From positions 26,155-90,154 of the forward strand of contig JBMFSH010000010.1 of assembly GCA_049967655.1 (NCBI GenBank): 64,000 nt of DNA, read 5' to 3'. The notes beneath the pieces are model-generated. The model did no database searches and was not told where the DNA came from. It saw nothing but the letters and a program-made list of their open reading frames with translations. The stretch's first letter is position 1, and every line of letters begins with the position of its first letter. This document shows positions 60,597-64,000 of this stretch, in pieces. This stretch comes from Acidobacteriota bacterium. GTDB taxonomy: Bacteria; Acidobacteriota; UBA4820; DSQY01. A program made the position numbers and the translations under genes.

Positions 60597-60899
60597 ATGC
60601 CCCTCGCCCTAGCCTTCATCGATTCGCCCGAACAGCTCCTCGTGATCCTCGCCATCCTTCTGCTCATCTTCGGCCCCTCCAAACTGCCCCAGCTCGGTGC
60701 CTCCATGGGCAAGACCATCAAGGCCTTCCGAGAGAGTGCCAAGGAGGTAGCCGCTGATTCCAGCGCCCCTACGCAGGCTGCGGCCCAGGCGACCCAGCAG
60801 GCGGCCCCTGCGGGCCCCTCCGTGGTCTGCCCAAAGTGTGGAACCGCCGCCGCGGCCGACTCACTGTTCTGCACCCGCTGTGGCACCAAGCTCGTCTGA
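60597..60899 (+). CDS. tatA: TatA/E family subunit with C-terminal zinc ribbon
   Basis: LLIFGPSKLPQLG...GKTIKAFR; CPKCG...FCTRCG. Confidence 0.88.
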   Translation: MPLALAFIDSPEQLLVILAILLLIFGPSKLPQLGASMGKTIKAFRESAKEVAADSSAPTQAAAQATQQAAPAGPSVVCPKCGTAAAADSLFCTRCGTKLV

Positions 60900-61028
60900 G
60901 GAGGCACGCCGCAGCAACCGCTTGACGCGCCGCCCTGCGAGTGGCGACGCAGAAGACAGGTGTGCCCTCCCGCAACCCCGTTTGGCTCCCACTGCGGAAG
61001 ACCTCCCCGCGGGCAACCCCCAGGGCAG

Positions 61029-61057
61029 TTGACGTCCGGGCCCGAAATGCATACAAT
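61029..61057 (+). promoter_or_regulatory. Sigma70 promoter TTGACG-N17-TACAAT for the tRNA
   Basis: Near-consensus; ends 11 nt before the tRNA. Confidence 0.8.
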
Positions 61058-61068
61058 ACAAGGACTGG

Positions 61069-61144
61069 GCCGACGTAGCTCAGCTGGTAGAGCAGTTGAT
61101 TCGTAATCATCAGGTCGCCAGTTCAAATCTGGCCGTCGGCTCCA
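61069..61144 (+). tRNA. tRNA-Thr(CGT)
   Basis: 76-nt cloverleaf: GCCGACG/CGTCGGC acceptor stem, TTCAAAT T-loop, CGT anticodon, CCA end. Confidence 0.96.
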
Positions 61145-61161
61145 GAAAATTCAGATAGTTA

Positions 61162-61190
61162 CGAGGCCGCCGAAAGGCGGCCTTCGTGTT
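61162..61190 (+). terminator. Hairpin after the tRNA
   Basis: AGGCCGCC-GAAA-GGCGGCCT then TCGTGTT. Confidence 0.6.
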
Positions 61191-61436
61191 GCCGCTCCAC
61201 CACCGCTCCACGGAAGCAAGTTTCTCCTCCAGTTTGTGGTCCGCGGGAAACCCCTGGCGAGGCCTTCCTCTCCGAGCACCGGTCTCTGCTCCTCCGGCTG
61301 GCTGGCAGGGTGGCCGGAGGAGAAAATCCCGAGCCCGGTCGTCACCTCTTACGGGAGGCTTTCGAGGGTGCCCGGCCGGTGCGGAGGGGGAGCGCGCCGC
61401 GTCATCCACCCTCGCCGCTCCACCGCCGCTCCACGG
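61191..61436 (+). repeat. 23-bp direct repeat GCCGCTCCACC(A/G)CCGCTCCACGG at 61191-61213 and 61414-61436
   Basis: 22/23 identity; each copy holds two CCGCTCCAC units. Confidence 0.85.
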
Positions 61437-62481
61437 TGTGAAGGAAGTGCTTATAATTCAATGAGTTGTATCTATTGGCAGGTGGGGGCAGAGGCGGGCT
61501 TCTGCAGGAAGTCCTTTATTCGCAAAGTCTTCGAAGGGAGCGAGGGGGGTATCGAAGGGTTCCCATCCGTGGTCACCGCCCGTTGGGGTCCTGGCGGACC
61601 CACCAGTTCAAAGTAGCGCCTAAGAGAAATGCGACCATCCCCGTGTCCGTCAGGAGCACCTTGGGAGGCTGATCCATCGCTGCCTCCGGTCGCGGGACCC
61701 TGCGGACAGGGGGGTGGAAAAGGTGAGCCGGGCAACCAGCCCCGGTCCACGAAGGCCTTCACCGCTGGAAACGGCTCAATGCCCTGAAACCAGGGCCGTA
61801 TCCTTTCATGCTTCGCCCCAGCCGAGCTCCAGTGTCATGGGGCCATGGAACTCACTCGTGATAAGGATGGGAGCGATTCATCGAGGACTGCCAGTCGTCA
61901 ATTGGTTGGTAAGTCCACCATTCTAAACGCCAAGTAGATTTCTTTAGTGGAATTAATTTAACTCTATTGGAAAGGAGTGTACAAAAGTATAAAGAAACCT
62001 AAACAAGTTGACTAAGCTAAGCTTGACAAATGGAAGAATAGGACGTATGTATAGTTTGGAATCGGCCGTTGATCGGGATGCGAACGAGCGTAGCAGGCTG
62101 ATCATGATAGCCATTCAGGAGTTTCAAAGGAGCCCCCGCTCTTGGCCGTACCAAGGCAAGTCCGGTCTGGAACCTATCGTGGAAAGACCATTGCCAAGAC
62201 GGGACTGGCCATCGATAGAGAGCCTGTCGGGCTACCCTGGCAAGGTTTCGGAGCGAGAGCTCTCGCGGCGGAGCGTGGCACGGGGAGACAGGGCAGAAGG
62301 GAGGGGCCGCCTCCCTAGGAAGAAATCTCCATCAACTGAGACCTGAAGATCGAGTTAGACCAGCACCTGCCGGTATCAGACGGAACTCGGTATCGCATGC
62401 GATCGTCCAGAAGCGGACGATCGCTGAACGGTGGAAGTGTGACTCCCAGAAGCGACAAGACCCCCTGAAGGAGGCTCAGTC

Positions 62482-62823
62482 ATGCCGAAGTCGGATAACC
62501 CCTCGAGTGTCTTCCCATTCAAGCCCTCAGAACCAACGGACGCCATCCCGGAATCGCCCCGCGGCAAAATCTGGCGCGAGGACGAGATCCTCATCCCGAG
62601 TGCGGAAGCCGCACGGATCCTCCTGTGCAAGCCGCAGACGTTGCGGGTGCGCCGGTTGAAGGGCGGCAAGGGCTGCATCCCTTACGTGCGCCTCGGGGAG
62701 AGCCGGAAGGCGCGGGTGGCCTACCGGCTCAGCGACCTCAAGGCCTACCTCGCGGCCCGGGTGTACACGAACACCGCCGAGGAGAGCGTGAAAGAGTCCG
62801 AAGTCCAAGAAGGACCCCACTAG
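62482..62823 (+). CDS. Excisionase/AlpA-like HTH DNA-binding protein
   Basis: AEAARIL...QTLR...PYVRLG...VAYRLSDL.AY pattern; AAGGAGG RBS. Confidence 0.8.
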   Translation: MPKSDNPSSVFPFKPSEPTDAIPESPRGKIWREDEILIPSAEAARILLCKPQTLRVRRLKGGKGCIPYVRLGESRKARVAYRLSDLKAYLAARVYTNTAEESVKESEVQEGPH

Positions 62824-62836
62824 GGAGTGAAGGCCC

Positions 62837-64000
62837 ATGGCACGCTCACGCAACCTCAAGCCAGGCTTCTTCACCAACGATCTGCTGGCCGAGGTTCCTC
62901 CCTTGGGCCGCCTGCTCTTCGCCGGCCTCTGGACGCTGGCCGACCGCGAGGGACGGCTGGAGGATCGGCCGAAGAGGATCAAGGCCCAGCTCTTCCCCTA
63001 CGATGACTGCGACGTGGATGCCCTCCTGGAGGAGCTGGCGAAGCGGCGGTTCATCCAGCGCTACGAGGTGGACGGTCTGCGCCTCCTCCAGGTCACGACC
63101 TGGCATCGGCACCAGAACCCCCACATCAAGGAGCCGGAGAGCACCCTGCCAGCACCAGGCCATCACACTGCTGGCCCGGGTCCGGTCTCGGGCGAAACCG
63201 GGCCGAGCCCTTCAGGACCGCCGGCACCGGATGAGCCGGTTCCATGCCAGCACGGTACCAGTCTGGTGCCAGCACCAGACCCGAACCAGACTCGACCCGG
63301 TCGGGCACCGGAGGAGACCGGAAGCAGCACCGGACCCGCCCCGGTGTCGCACGGTTCCGGCCCGGCTGATTCCGGATTCCTGATTCCCGATTCCCTGATT
63401 CCGGATTCCCTCTCTCCGGATTCCCTCTCTCCGAATCCCGATTCCCTGATTCTTGATTCCCCATCTCCGAATCCCGAATCCGCGGCGGAGCGGATCCCCT
63501 CGTCCGGGATTCCCCAAACCTCCGGGGAGCCGGTCCGACCCCAAGGCGATTCGGATAAACGGACAAGAGCGAAGGCAGAGGATTCGGAGATGCTCCCTTT
63601 GCGGGCCATCGCGCAGAGAGTGGAGCTCAAGCTCTCACCCTCCGAGGTGGCGGGCTACATCATGGCCCATTTCCCGATGCAGCGCCGGGACCGGCACCAG
63701 AGGGCCTCGCCGGGCGATTCGGGCCTGACCCTGGAGCAGGTGCATTGCCTGGCGAAACACGGCTGCACTCTTCAGAATGCCCGGAAAGCGTTCGAGCATT
63801 TCCAGCAAGAACCGCACCCGAAGAACCCTGGCGCCTGGGCCTTCCACTGCCTCCGGGAGGAGCTCTCGCAGGATGGGCGGCTCGAGCTTCGGGAAGAGAC
63901 GCGAAGTGCCCAACGGGCGTTCCGGGAGAGATCAGCGAAACACCTGAAGGGGGAGGCTGAGCCGGATGGTACGGGCGAATCCCGGCCTGCAGGTGCCGCT
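62837..64000 (+). CDS. Phage-type replication initiator, 3' end outside the window
   Basis: Hand translation MARSRNLKPGFFTNDLL...LFAGLWTLADREGRLEDRP...HQNPH; no stop before the window end. Confidence 0.8.
   Translation, partial: MARSRNLKPGFFTNDLLAEVPPLGRLLFAGLWTLADREGRLEDRPKRIKAQLFPYDDCDVDALLEELAKRRFIQRYEVDGLRLLQVTTWHRHQNPHIKEPESTLPAPGHHTAGPGPVSGETGPSPSGPPAPDEPVPCQHGTSLVPAPDPNQTRPGRAPEETGSSTGPAPVSHGSGPADSGFLIPDSLIPDSLSPDSLSPNPDSLILDSPSPNPESAAERIPSSGIPQTSGEPVRPQGDSDKRTRAKAEDSEMLPLRAIAQRVELKLSPSEVAGYIMAHFPMQRRDRHQRASPGDSGLTLEQVHCLAKHGCTLQNARKAFEHFQQEPHPKNPGAWAFHCLREELSQDGRLELREETRSAQRAFRERSAKHLKGEAEPDGTGESRPAGAA
63368..63481 (+). repeat. Cluster of GATTCC/GAATCC repeats inside the rep gene
   Basis: Includes CCGGATTCCCTCTCT x2 and CCCGATTCCCTGATT x2. 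Confidence 0.8.

Larger units (their letters stand above)
61145..64000. mobile_element. End of a putative integrated element (prophage, satellite or IME) at tRNA-Thr
   Basis: Follows tRNA 3' end; 23-bp direct repeats, AT-rich tract, Xis-like HTH and phage-type Rep; no integrase within the window. Confidence 0.7.

Noticed and set aside
61472..62346. ORFs 61472-61762 (-) and 62008-62346 (+) as repressor or cargo genes
   Set aside because: No HTH or other recognisable motif and weak starts; left uncalled
62625..63383. 252-aa ORF overlapping the HTH and rep genes
   Set aside because: Alternative frame of two better-supported genes

Overview
GC-rich bacterial chromosomal window, mostly core metabolism. 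In order: RRM protein, tex, era, a cytochrome c, a circularly permuted ATP-grasp ligase, a minus-strand lipid/acyl-CoA degradation cluster (FadI-FadJ, acyl-CoA dehydrogenase-SCP2 fusion, racemase-like CoA transferase, ACAD11-like dehydrogenase, APH kinase, SDR), a site-2 protease, a DUF6249-ECF sigma-anti-sigma module, and a complete trpEGDCFBA-aroF operon preceded by an unannotated leader peptide (MNYWWY...) and attenuator. Then a REC-PAS-GGDEF-EAL protein, a TetR-TolC-MFP-RND efflux operon, hslVU, dehydrogenases, a two-subunit fumarase, an mdh with unusual insertions, a DUF3857/transglutaminase pair, lepB, thiG, a CydA-like/cytochrome c two-gene module, a TatA-zinc-ribbon fusion and tRNA-Thr(CGT). 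The last ~2.9 kb looks like the end of an element integrated at that tRNA: 23-bp direct repeats, an AT-rich tract, an excisionase-like HTH, and a phage-type replication initiator with internal repeats that runs off the window and is missing from the ORF track. Intergenic gaps repeatedly carry 7-9 nt period tandem repeats and a dispersed TTCACCAC repeat family, one inverted pair of which brackets the ECF module. All product calls come from motif recognition by eye; no database search was run.
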